This document shows, piece by piece, positions 50,330 to 61,849 of a stretch of 64,000 nucleotides of DNA (position 1 is its first letter; the number at the start of each line of letters is the position of its first letter). The stretch lies in assembly GCA_964199315.1 (NCBI GenBank), contig OZ116701.1:22196001-22260000 (forward strand), given 5' to 3'. The position numbers and the translations under genes were made by a program. The notes under the pieces were generated by a model. That model had not been told where the DNA came from. It saw only the letters and a program-made list of their open reading frames with translations, and did no database searches. This DNA is from Orbicella franksi (Eukaryota).

Positions 50330-50585
50330 TGAAGACGTGCTCTTCTTCTTCACCTAGCTGGCCCAGATGTAAAAGAAATATTTTCTATGCTCCTGAACAC
50401 CAGTGATCTGAAGGACTACAAAATGTGCCATCAATGCTTTAAATGCCTATTTCATTTCACAAGTTGGCATAACATACACATGAAAATCGTTTAGACAACT
50501 ATCCTAAGTGTCTGAAGAAACAGTGAAGCAGTTTGCCACAAGATTAAGATGTGCAACAAAGGATGGTGGCTACAGAGATGATATA
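50330..50585 (+). pseudogene. Isolated Gypsy gag remnant
   Basis: RALLLHLAGPDVKEIFSML..EETVKQFATRLR is similar to the gag of element 2 in this window (LLHLAGPDVQEIFSTL..GETVLQFVTQLR). Confidence 0.65.
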
Positions 50586-50941
50586 CTGTAAACACCTGTG
50601 GATAAGCCACACCTCGAGTTTGGCAACTCAAATTTTGGAAAAAATTTTTTGGAAAGAAAGTCTTGAGAAAGATGCTTTACATGTACATTTCTTGATTAAT
50701 TCAATGTAAACCCACATAAAGTTGCTACATTAAAAACAGAGAATACTTCAAACTGAAACTCTTACCTATAATCTTAGTTCTACAATATATAGTATGGACA
50801 TGATGTCTACTGACTTTGAAATACGTTTGATCTTTCTCTAGTAATTTTGAAGTAGTATTTTTTTTTCATTCCCATCAGTTTTTCAACAGACTTTTACATA
50901 CAACAACAAGAACTCTTTCATTTGTTTGTTTGTTGTTTGTT

Positions 50942-51230
50942 TTAACTGAGTTCATATCTTCCCGTGAGGAGTGAAATGATGTGAAGTATATATGAAATAA
51001 TTCATATATACTTCCCATCATTTCCACTCCTCATGGGAAGATATGAACTCAATTAATTGACCTCGCTCCCAATGTGTGGCTTCATAGCTCAGTTGGTAGA
51101 GCATCGCACCAGTATTTGCAGAAGTCACGGGTTCAAATCCCATTGAATCCCTGATTTTTTTCAGGCTTCTTCTTTTCAATTGCTTAAATTGGAAAATTTA
51201 CTGCGATGATCATTCTTCTCTTTGTTTATA
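50942..51230 (+). repeat. tRNA-like interspersed repeat preceded by a long hairpin
   Basis: The tRNA-like body runs from 51078 (GGCTTCATAGCTCAGTTGGTAGAGC..GGTTCAAATCC..TGAATCC). An inverted repeat spans 50942-51056. Confidence 0.75.
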
Positions 51231-52785
51231 GCACATTGTCCAGATGTTCTTGCAGATAAGCCACATCCCTGATTTTTAAGGAAAGTTTTGAGTAGAAAGG
51301 TGTGGCTTATATGCAAAACACACCATGCAAAGGAAGAAACATGAGGTGCCAAACATGCCAATTTTGTATGACGACATAATTGATCATCACAGTTATACAC
51401 ACAATTTAAGCAGTTATGAAATTAAAGCCTGAAAAAGAAGCTTGTCAAAGAATTGGCAGCTGTAATAGCTAAGCCCATTGCTAAGATTCTGAATGCCTCT
51501 GTAGATCAAGGATGCTACCCTATAGAGTAAACCTACAACCTATAGTTTAAGCAGTAATTATATTGTCTCTACCTGATCCAAAAACAACAACTTACAACCT
51601 GCATTCCCTTTCATATTTAGCTGCTAAATTATGAAACTCTCTTCCGAACTCACTTAGAACCTCTACTTTTTCGGATTTTAAGTAAAAGATACTACAATAT
51701 GACTCTTTTCAGTAGCATTGTTAAACTTGTCTCTAGTTTTATTATGTACAAGTTTAGCTCTTTCATTATTTTTAGCATAATTTATTCATTGCATAAGTAT
51801 TGTATTTTGTTATATTGTTCTTAAAAATATTTGCTAATTTCAGCTACCTAAAATTCGAGAGGAAATAAAGTACATGCATGTATGTCTGTCTGTATGTATG
51901 TATACATTTGCAATAATGCAAGAACACAGCAATGGCCACAAGTTGGTTTAAATTAATTTTTTTCAGTTACAATGTAAATTTCTGTTGTTTAGAATGTAAT
52001 TGTTCCATGTAAGAACATTACAATATCAATCTATCACTCTCATTTTAATTAACCTTGTCAATTTCACGTTTTCAGTCCTTTTGATTTTTCAGCACCAGTG
52101 TATTTTAGTAATTCATGTCCATGTTGTTATTTTAGTAATTAATATCATATGCACCTTGTATTTATGTCACATCAAACAATCTAATTTACATTTGAACCTG
52201 AAGATGGATGAAGGTTATCTAAAACAAGTCTTTTAAACTTGAAACAATGTGGTTTTATACGAAGCATATTTATTGAATGGTTAGGGTTTCTATTTCTGAT
52301 TTTATGATAGTACAGACCAGCAAAAAAATACACCAGTGATTTAGGAACACTCCGAAAGGCTCCTTTCTCAGTTATTTGTCAGCTGATAATAGAAAACATC
52401 TGGCATCAAAAGCCTGATGCTGTCAGAAGTGGCAAAAGTTCTCTGAACGCCAGTTTTGGTCTGTTAGGAGTCTGTGGGTTGAATTAATATCAAACTGACC
52501 TGAGCCAAGTGTTCTCTAATCAGTCTGCACCCATGACGAAGATGATAAAGCAGTGGAACTATCCAGGTCTAAATACAGAAATTAAAACACAAAGGAGAGA
52601 ACAACTTTAATTCAACACAATTAATATTGATAATATTTATGTATTGCTTTGCAAATGAACATATGAAAGATCATACATTTGAACCACACAGAGATAAAAT
52701 TAAAGACATGAATGATCATAGCAGTTATGAACAAAACTTAACCAGAATAACAAATAGAGAGAACAGAGCTTATTCTCATAAATTG

Positions 52786-52858
52786 AGGCTTGAATGGGAT
52801 ATGAACCTATGACCACTGCTGTACCAGTGCAGTGCTCTACCAGTTGAGCTGTAGTAAT
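52786..52858 (-). repeat. Degenerate tRNA-like repeat, similar family to the 51078 copy
   Basis: Minus strand reads TACAGCTCAACTGGTAGAGCACTGCACTGGTA..GGTCATAGGTTCATATCCCATTCAAGCCT. Confidence 0.6.
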
Positions 52859-52891
52859 ATATAGATTTACCCATAAAAAGCTGCGCTTCTC

Positions 52892-53123
52892 GACCGGGTT
52901 CTTCAAAGCCTGATTAAGCTAACCCAGGATAAGAGAGAATTTTAAATTGAGTTTTCTAACTTTGTGGTGAGGTTTTCTGTTTGTATTGTTTGGCCTGACT
53001 TTGAACAATCTCAAACTACACAAAACGTAAGCAGCAAAAAGCATTTTTATGAAAGTAAAATTCATACTTCAGTAAAATTTCAATCCTGAGTTAGCGTTAA
53101 TCGGCTTCCGAACAACCCAGCCC
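52892..53123. mobile_element. Short MITE (Harbinger-like ends)
   Basis: GGGTTCTTCAAAGCCTGATTAAGCTAAC is an imperfect inverted match to GTTAGCGTTAATCGGCTTCCGAACAACCC. Confidence 0.55.
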
Positions 53124-53489
53124 TGACTGCAACATGTAAACCTGGCTTGAGCCTGCGATTCAATCGAAAACCTGGTCAGCGGTCAACTTCAAAAAGACAA
53201 TTGACCTCAATAAGCTACAAACTTGAGCCCGTGACATGGTCACATGATACTGGTCAGTGGATACCTTGTTTTGACATGTGTCAATTAACCATGACATGTC
53301 CAGTATCAAAGATGTATGCTGTAAATCAAGGCTGCATTTGCTATAGCTGGAGTATGGCCGCAATGTTGCGCGACTCCTTCATCATCGTCGTGCATACATG
53401 CCCACGAGCAACACCGCTAGCCATGATAACCATGAGAAAATCAATTCGTGTTTATAAAGCACGATAACATGTGAGAGAATACCATAACT

Positions 53490-54115
53490 CCCTTAGATGC
53501 AGAAGTTAAGGTTTTGAAAGACAAAACCAATGAAATGGAAAAGTTCCCCAGGTACTCAACCAAAATATGGAATTCTATGATGAAGACATATCTGATCTGA
53601 AACTACATTTCAGGAAAGTCCAAAACAAAGTCTTTGAACTGAAGAAACAGATTTTGTACATGGAAACTTATTTTAGGAGAGAAAATGTTAAAGTTTTTGG
53701 CTTACCAGAAGAACTGAGCACCTCAAATGGTGGTGACAGAATCCACGATGGTGCACAGCTTCCAACAGAAGACTCCAAAAAAAATTATTTACAACTTTTT
53801 AGAAGAACACCTCAAGATCGACCAGTCCCACAACAAAATAGATTTTCAAAGAGTACATCATCTAGGAAAACCCAACAAAGGTGCAAGACCACCTCCAATT
53901 ATTGCAAGACTTTTGGGTTATGGTGATAACAACTGGTGATGGATGAAGCTTGGATATATCTTAAGAGCACTGACTTCCATATTTAAGACGATATCCCCAA
54001 GCCACTGTATGACTCACAGAAAGGACAACTGACGAAACTTCAGGGAACAAGAGAAAAAAGCAACACCACCTTTGTCAGCAAAGCTTGTCCAGACAAATAG
54101 TTTCTCAATAGTGAA
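53490..54115 (+). pseudogene. LINE ORF1-type (coiled-coil + RRM, L1/Tnp22-like) remnant without ORF2
   Basis: LKKQILYMETYFRRENVKVFGLPEE..IDFQRVHHLGKPNKGARPPPIIARLL..DDIPKPLYD matches the RRxN...G.PE / RxHR...RPII pattern of LINE ORF1 proteins. Confidence 0.75.
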
Positions 54116-54621
54116 TAATGTTACACCTGGTGAAACAGTGTAACAGTATCCTTTCTAATTTCTTGGTCCTTTCATGATGTTAACTTAAAGTGACATTTAC
54201 ATCAACTAATGTATTTGCAATTACCACCGAAGGAGCTCTAGAGACGTAAAGCCAACTATCTCAAGCTCAAGTTAGGATCGGAAAGCTAATCCCTGGCAAA
54301 GGTTGTTTTTATTATTTTTTGTCTGTCAGTATGTGTATCTGTGTCTGTGTTCTATCCTATTCTACAACTTTGCCATTATTTTCATCCTGCCTTGGGCATA
54401 CGGTTTACAACATTTTTCAGCTAGTGTATAATTGCTCCCCTGGCACATTAAACAAGAAAATCCACCACCCCTTTTTTTTATTTCACAAAAAAAAACGCAA
54501 GGTGACGATATAACAGTCTGCTCCCTAAATGTAAGAGGTTTGTTTAATAATCAAAACAGAACAGAAACTTTTCTTTAGTTGAAAAAATTCTCTATTTATT
54601 TCTTACAAGAAGTGCATAGCA

Positions 54622-54841
54622 CTAGAGAAACAGAAGTCTATTTGCAATCCAAACAGGGTACGCAACATTTTTACGAGCATTGGCCATTGTTCCACTTCTT
54701 ACATCATAACCTTTGCCATTTAAATTTCGCATAAGGCGTCCACCATCAGCTAATACCCTTGTAACTTCGACTGGAGAAGATGCTGGCCAGAAACCGATTT
54801 GACCATCAGCGCATTGTCTAATGTGCTGAAGAAGCCATAGT
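54622..54841 (-). other. Possible terminal coding exon of an unknown gene
   Basis: Acceptor-like ATTCCTCTAG is followed by an open frame LWLLQHIRQCADGQIGFWP..YPVWIANRLLFL* and AATAAA about 22 nt after the stop. CpGs are retained. No homology recognised. Confidence 0.2.
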
Positions 54842-55146
54842 CTAGAGGAATGTGTGGAGTTCATGAAGCAGAGTGCACAAGAGTGAATAGCCTTCTTGAG
54901 ATCAAAGGGGGTTTGCTTTGGCTGCCTTGAGAAGGGAGACTTATCAAGGTCTTGTAGAGCGAGGCTCAAGTGCAAGATATGCAAAAAAATGCCAAATCCC
55001 ATCCTACGCCTAGAGTCCTAGCTATATTATAAAACTAATAGTAATATAGATAGGACCTTCTGCACACTCTGATTGGTCAAAAACCCATATGTTTTATCAA
55101 GGTATAAAACAGAAAAGGCATGTTTTACTGTTTTTCGCCATGTAAC

Positions 55147-58100
55147 TGTTACATGTCATGCGTCATGCGGGTTACATTTACCCATTACACCTTTTGGTCA
55201 TGGTCCAATAACCATGTGCTCAACTGGTCTGCCATCTTGATGAACATTAAACAATTCATATACGTTCATGAGATGTGTGAGGACTTCTTGAATCTTATTA
55301 CATAGTGTCAGAAGTCAAGAACCCAAAGCTTCTACAATTCAGCCTGGCCTCTCATGACTGATTATATTCAGACTTGTTCTATAAATGCTTCGAACTCGCC
55401 ATCTCTCCCTCATCAATCGACTCATCGCGGTTTGGACTATTTTCCAAACTCACTGATCTACTCCTCTCACCGCTCTTCGATTGACACATCGTTGTTTGGG
55501 ACTCTTTTCTCCTCCGACATCATGGGTAAGGATTGACCTGAGTTTGACGCCAGCTCAGAGAATCGTCGTCAAGCTTTCAAATTCTTCATTGCAAACTTCA
55601 GGGATTATTGCATCATGGAAGAATACATCAACCCCTCTAAAGATGTGGATAGCGACAACTACTGGATACAAACCAAACGACCTAAGGTTATGGTGGCTCT
55701 TTGAAGAGCTTTCCCTCAGGCGGAATGGGACATACTAACCACAACCATCGACTCCCAAAATCGCCAATGGAGATAAACAACCTCCTGCCAAATGGTTAGC
55801 TTAACTCTCCGGCCACTATCTTGGCGAGGAACCCATCATCCAATGCACTCATAATTTTCTTTGCATTTTAAAACAGGACCCAGGGATGAGTATTCAGCAG
55901 TGGCATACTGTAGTGCGACTAGAGTACCACAAATGTAACTTTCCTTCAGCAGTCGACGACAGGCTACAGAGAGACATTTTTGTAATTGGGCTAAATGACA
56001 CCTTCAAGCATTTTCGCAGCGACCTCGTCTCACGGGAGAACCTGGCTTCTCTGACCTTTGAACAAGTCATCAATAAGGCTCAGGACTTTGAGGCTGGCCT
56101 CAAAACCGAATCAGCCATCACTAAACAACAGCTTAAGGAATCAGCCCACCAGCTTACACCCAGCATAGTAAATGAGGAAACAACTGATGCAGCTCACAAG
56201 GTCACACCCAATGCCATCAAGTCCAGAACTCTTCACCGTCCCTTCAAACAACATGGTCTCCCTGCTTCACAGTCTCATGCTTCTCCTACCTGCTTGTGGT
56301 GCAGTCGCACACCACACACTGCTCGTCGTGACTGCCCAGCAGCTAACGATACTTGCCATCGTTGCGGCAAAAGAGGCCACTGGCAACAAGTTTGGCGAGC
56401 ATTCACTGCTAATACAGTGTACCAGGCAGACACAGGCTTTCAGTCAAGCACCGCTTATGTCATCACTCACGATGTAGCGTAGGTTCAGTCTGCACCCAAG
56501 GGTATCTTTGTGGATCTGGATCTTAGCCCAACTCCCTTGCCAGCAGCAACTTGCCACATGCGATTTCAAGTGGACTCTGGGTGTTTATGTAACACTATAC
56601 ACGTCACAGATCTACAAAAAATGTCTCCTGTCAAAGTTGAACCTTCCAGTGTTCATCTCCTTGGCTACTCCAAATCCATCATCCCAACTAGAGGTCAAAC
56701 CACATTGCATTGTACTTGCCAAGGTAAAATCTATGAGGTACTGGTTCAAGTTATAACTGCACAAAGCTACTATGCACCCTTCCTGGGTCTCGCTGATAGT
56801 ACTTGCATGGGTATCCTGAATTATGATGCTGACACTGTAAATCAACTCCATGTCACCTCCACACCTTCTTCACCTCCTCTTGGTGAGTTGACTTTTGATT
56901 CTATTAAAGTTAACTATCCCCATTTATTTGAGGGGCTGGGTGAACTGGGAGAACCTTACTCACTGACACTCAATCCTACTATTAAGCCCATCCAAGCTGT
57001 GCCCCATCGCTACGGTGCACCAAAGTTACCCATCATCAAAGAGACACTGGACAAACGGATCAACAGGGGTCAACTAGTCAGAGTCAATGAACCCACATCC
57101 TGGATATCAAACATGGTGGTACGTGAACACCCACCATCAGCAACTAAGCCTGCCAAAGTTCACATTTGTTTAGACCCTTCCCAGACTATAAACAAAGCTA
57201 TTCTTAGACCAGTATACCCCATCCCCACTCTGGAGGAGAACCTTCATCATTTTCATCAGGCTAGGATTTTCTCAACTTTTGATATTAAAGATGCTTTTCA
57301 AACAATTAAGCTGACAGAGGAGTCCTCTAAGTTGACTACTATGCACACACCCTGGGGGCGTTACCGCTGGACTCGACTTCCCTTCGGCATCAGTTCAGCT
57401 CCTGAGGAGTTCCAACGTCACATTCATGATGTTCTCTGTGGCTTGGCAGGAGTTGTCAACATTGCCAATGACATCATTGTCATAGGTCAGGGCACATCAC
57501 TAAGAGAGGCCACCCATGATCATGACCGCACAGTAATTAAGCTCCTGGACCACCTCTCTCAGCATCACCTAAAGCTCAATCCCGACAAAGTCAAGTTAAA
57601 GACCTACTCTGTGCTCTTCATGGGTCACACCCTCACGCCTGAAGGACTAAAGCCCAGTAATGAGATTGTCAATGCAGTCCTGAACATGCCTCAACCTCGT
57701 GACAAAGCAACCACACGGCGTTTCCTGGGCACAATCACTTATTTATCGAAGTTCTGCCCTCGCCTCAGTGAGGTGGTACGTCCTCTCCACATTGATCAGA
57801 AATTCCTGTGGGCTGACCAACACACAGAAGCTCTCCGACAAGCAAAAGAGTTAGTGTCTCAAGCTCCATGTCTCCATTATTTTGATGTCAGAGCCCCAGT
57901 GGTACTTCAAGTTGACGCCTCTGAAAATGGCCTCGGTGTTGCACTTCTTCAACCAGCCACTCATCCCTTAAACTCCTCTGATACCTTGTGGCAACCTGTA
58001 GCCTACAGTTCAAGTTCTCTCAGTCCAACAGAACAATGATATGCTCAAATTGAAAAAGAAACTCTAGCTATCGTTCATGCATTCCACAAGTTTGACAAAC

Positions 58101-60252
58101 TTCTCTTTGGCAAATCTGATGTGGTCCTCCATAGTGATCACAGGCCTCTGGAGACCATTTTCAAGCGCCCTCTGGCTTCTGCTCCACACTGTCTTCAAAG
58201 CATGATGCTTTCTCTTCAACACTACACATTCTGCGTTGAGTACCACAAGGGGTCAACACTCCACATTGCTGACACTCTCTCTCGAGCCCCTCTACCCACC
58301 ACCACCCACAAGCAAGTGCATGACGAAGTGGTCTATCGAGTTGAATTTGAAACAGACACCCCTCAACTTTCTGCATTTTAAGATGCCACGCTTCAAGAGC
58401 TAAGAAGAGTGGCCGTCACAGATCCTGAACAAATCGCTCTGCAATCTCTCATTGAGGCTGGCTGGCCCAACAACAAAGCTGCGGTTCCTGAACTAGCACG
58501 CCCATACTGGGCCATCCGTCATGAACTCACCTCACATGATGGGCTCCTGTTTAAACAAAATCGTGTCATTATCCCCTCTTCTGCTTGCCCGACCATACTC
58601 CACAAGCTGCACGCTGCTCACTGTGGCTCCGAGTTCACCAATTGACACGCTCGGAGTTGTGTCTTCTGGCCAGGGATCAACAGCCAGGTTTCAGACATGT
58701 GCCAGAACTGTGTCATTTGTGCACAATATAAGCAACAACACCCTTGAGAACCCCTCCAACCTTACCATGTACCAACCTTACCTTGGGAACTGGTTTCACA
58801 ATACTTATTTGAGCTCAATGGCATACCATATCTGGTAACAGTTGATCACTACAGTGACTTTTATGAAATTGACCGCCTCCCATCTATTCAATCAACAGCT
58901 GTAGTGAAAGCCACCAAGCAACACTTTGGCTGACATGGAATTCCACACACGTTACTAACAGATAACAGAGCCCAATACACCTTGGACTTGTTCAAAGAAT
59001 TTGCTCAAACATACAAGTTCAATCACATCATGTCATCTCCATACTGGTCGCAATCCAATGGTCGTGCTGAAGCAGCTGTGAAGTCTGCCAAACACATTCT
59101 CTGCACAGCTAAAGATGTAGACTTGGCTCTCTTGTCAGTATGCAACACTCCCCCTTCAGGTCACACCTCTCCGCAGCAATTTGCTTCAGCTGTCGGTTAC
59201 ATTGGAACCATCCAAGTTTCAACGTGACATAGTAGTAACCGAACATTTGCATTGCAAATTACAAAAAGCAAAAAAAGCAAGCCTATGACAAACATGCAGG
59301 ACAACTCCTTCAAGACTTCCCACCCGGAAGCTACGTCTATGCTAAGCCTCCCCCTAATTCACCTTCAAAGGCCTGGATCTCTGGACAGATCATCGGCTCT
59401 GTGGGCCCTAGATCTTACTTTATCAAAACTGGCTCCAGACAAATCAGGCAAAACCGTGTTCAAGTGCAACTGGCACCTCCCTCAAGTACCATTGCCTCAC
59501 CAAATCAGACTAATACCACTCCACTCCTTCCTGACAAACTCCGACCCAACCCGTTGAACCCACGTCCATCATATGTTCCATCTGCAGTTTCCACAGCATC
59601 ACTGAATGATGGGCCTTCAAATGCCACTTCCTTGACCCCAGTGGTTCCACCTGAGCCAAGTTCTGAAGCGCCTTCATCACTCTGTTCCCTCACCCCACCG
59701 CCTGCATCCCCCTCTCCAATCCCCCGTGCTTCTCCTGTCACCCAGTCCACCAGCACCTCAAACAGTTACTCTTAGTGGTCGAGTCGTTCGATGACCTGCC
59801 CGTTATGCTGACTGAGCATTGACAAAGAATTTTCATTGCAGGTGAAGAACACTACCTGTTGTTGTAAGTGTGGGTGTTACTGTCAGTGGAACTGGACGCT
59901 GCTGTCAAGTTGGAGAAGGTCTTGGACATTAATGACCCTTTGTGATCAGACCATTTGGAACTGTCTTGGACATTAATGACATTTTAATTTTTGTTTGTTG
60001 TTTTTATTTTCCTTGTTCTTGTTATCGTTCTTGTTATGGTTGTTAGCATTTTTGTGATCAGCAAGCAACATTGATTTAAAAAAAAAGAAGAAAGCATGTT
60101 ACATGTCACGCGTCACGCGGGTTACATTTACCCATGACACCTTTTGGTCATGGTCCAATAACCATGTGCTCAACTGATCCACCATCTTGATGAACATTAA
60201 GTAATTCATATACGTTCATGAAATGTGTGAGAACTTCTTGAATCTTATTACA
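55147..60252 (+). mobile_element. Gypsy LTR retrotransposon 3, near full-length and decayed
   Basis: 156-bp LTRs at 55147-55302 and 60097-60252 (10 differences); 4-bp TSD TAAC; PBS T(A)GTGTCAGAAGT; purine tract before the 3' LTR. Contains gag knuckle CHRCGKRGH, protease FQVDSG, RT/RH (56510-58039) and integrase (about 58400-59250). Confidence 0.95.
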
Positions 60253-61849
60253 TAACCTCTATATCATAAAGCAAATGAAGAAGCCTAAGCCATGTATTAC
60301 ACTGTGATAAACACTACAGACATTTGAGAACACTCGAGAAATGTAGAAAACACTCGCCTGCGGCTCATGTTTTCTACATTTCCCTTGTGTTCTCAAATGT
60401 TCCTCTTTTTTATCACAATTTAATACACGGCTTAGGCTTCTTTATTTGTTAATTAATATGCTATCCCTGAGCTAGTTCAATAAAGTGATTCAAATAATGT
60501 TTTTTATTATTGATGATCATACAAAATCACAATCAATTCCTTTTGATGATTTGACAGGTCTTCCTAAGCTCCACTTGCTAAGCATGTTAAGAAAAGTGTT
60601 TCATACTCATTGAACATAAGAGCTGTACTAGAAGAAAAGCCACTAAGAAGAAACAATAACAGCCACGATATCTTCAATCAATTGACCAGCCCTTCACACA
60701 AACATACTGAGCTAGTTGTGAAATATATGCACCAAAAAGCGTTCACAAGTTAAGAATGTGTGATTTACCGCCATTTTTCCCACAAAAAAAACACAGAAAT
60801 ATTGTGAATTTTAATTTCCATTTACAGAGTAAAACTCAAGTGTGAATGGCACAGATTATACCAAATAACAACTAGCTGGTGGAAAGTGTTATTCAGCATA
60901 TCTAAATTACCAGCAGGACTTGAAAAAGGAACCTATCCACTCGTCTGAGACAAGTGCATTTTCCTCTTGGGCAAGTAACTTTCTCTGCTCACTTGCCCCA
61001 CGGGCTTTAGCCCAGGCAAGCCAACCGCCGACTAAATATTTTGAGAACAATTTTGAAACAAAGAGCAAATTAATTAAGGTACATGGGCAATAAAAACTTG
61101 ACAAAAATTGTAGCGTTGTTTTGTTGACTGCGTGACGCATGTTCCTGTTCAGAAGTGGTCACCCAGCATGTGATCAAAATCTGCCCTGATCAAATTTCTT
61201 TCCACATTTAAAAATAGCTGTGTTCGCAGGAAAGTGCTGTGAAGGCACTGTGCAATTCTTTGTGAACATTTTCCAGTTTCACAGTACAAAACCAAACTAG
61301 ACATCAAAGTACCAAAGATGCAGAAACTGTACATGTAGTGTTTCACAGTCAGTGAAACATCCAGATTTAACCAAAATAAGTGGACGCAATACAGATTCAA
61401 CTCAACACTTGACCATGTGCTTTTAATCACAACCATAATTTATTTCGGCCGTACACAATTACCTCATTGATACTACAGTATGCGTGCATTGTCTCATGCT
61501 CAAAGGTAAAATTATCACATGCTGAAGTTCAGTCAAGTGGAACAAAGTTCGTTGCATATGAAACTCAAAGATGTACTGCAAATTTGTTCTATCTCATGAT
61601 GGGTTCTGGAATTAAACGTTTCATTTTATTTTAGTCTCAATTTATGTGGGTTAAAATGGTAGAACTTATTTCACAAGTGAATTCATAATGCTCAGAGCAT
61701 TTTTTTTTCGGTCCAGATGATAGTCCACTCAACCACTCGATTCTAGTTGCCAGACTGACAACTTCCATTTCAAGTCAGTTGCCAGCTCCAAATTCTAGTC
61801 GCCATGGTGACTAAAATGGTCGCAACTTGGAGGGTTGTAAGACATTAAC

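Noticed and set aside
32141-52858. The four tRNA-like sequences as functional tRNA genes
   Set aside because: Anticodon arms are irregular, stems carry mismatches, and the context is repeat-like, one with a TSD.
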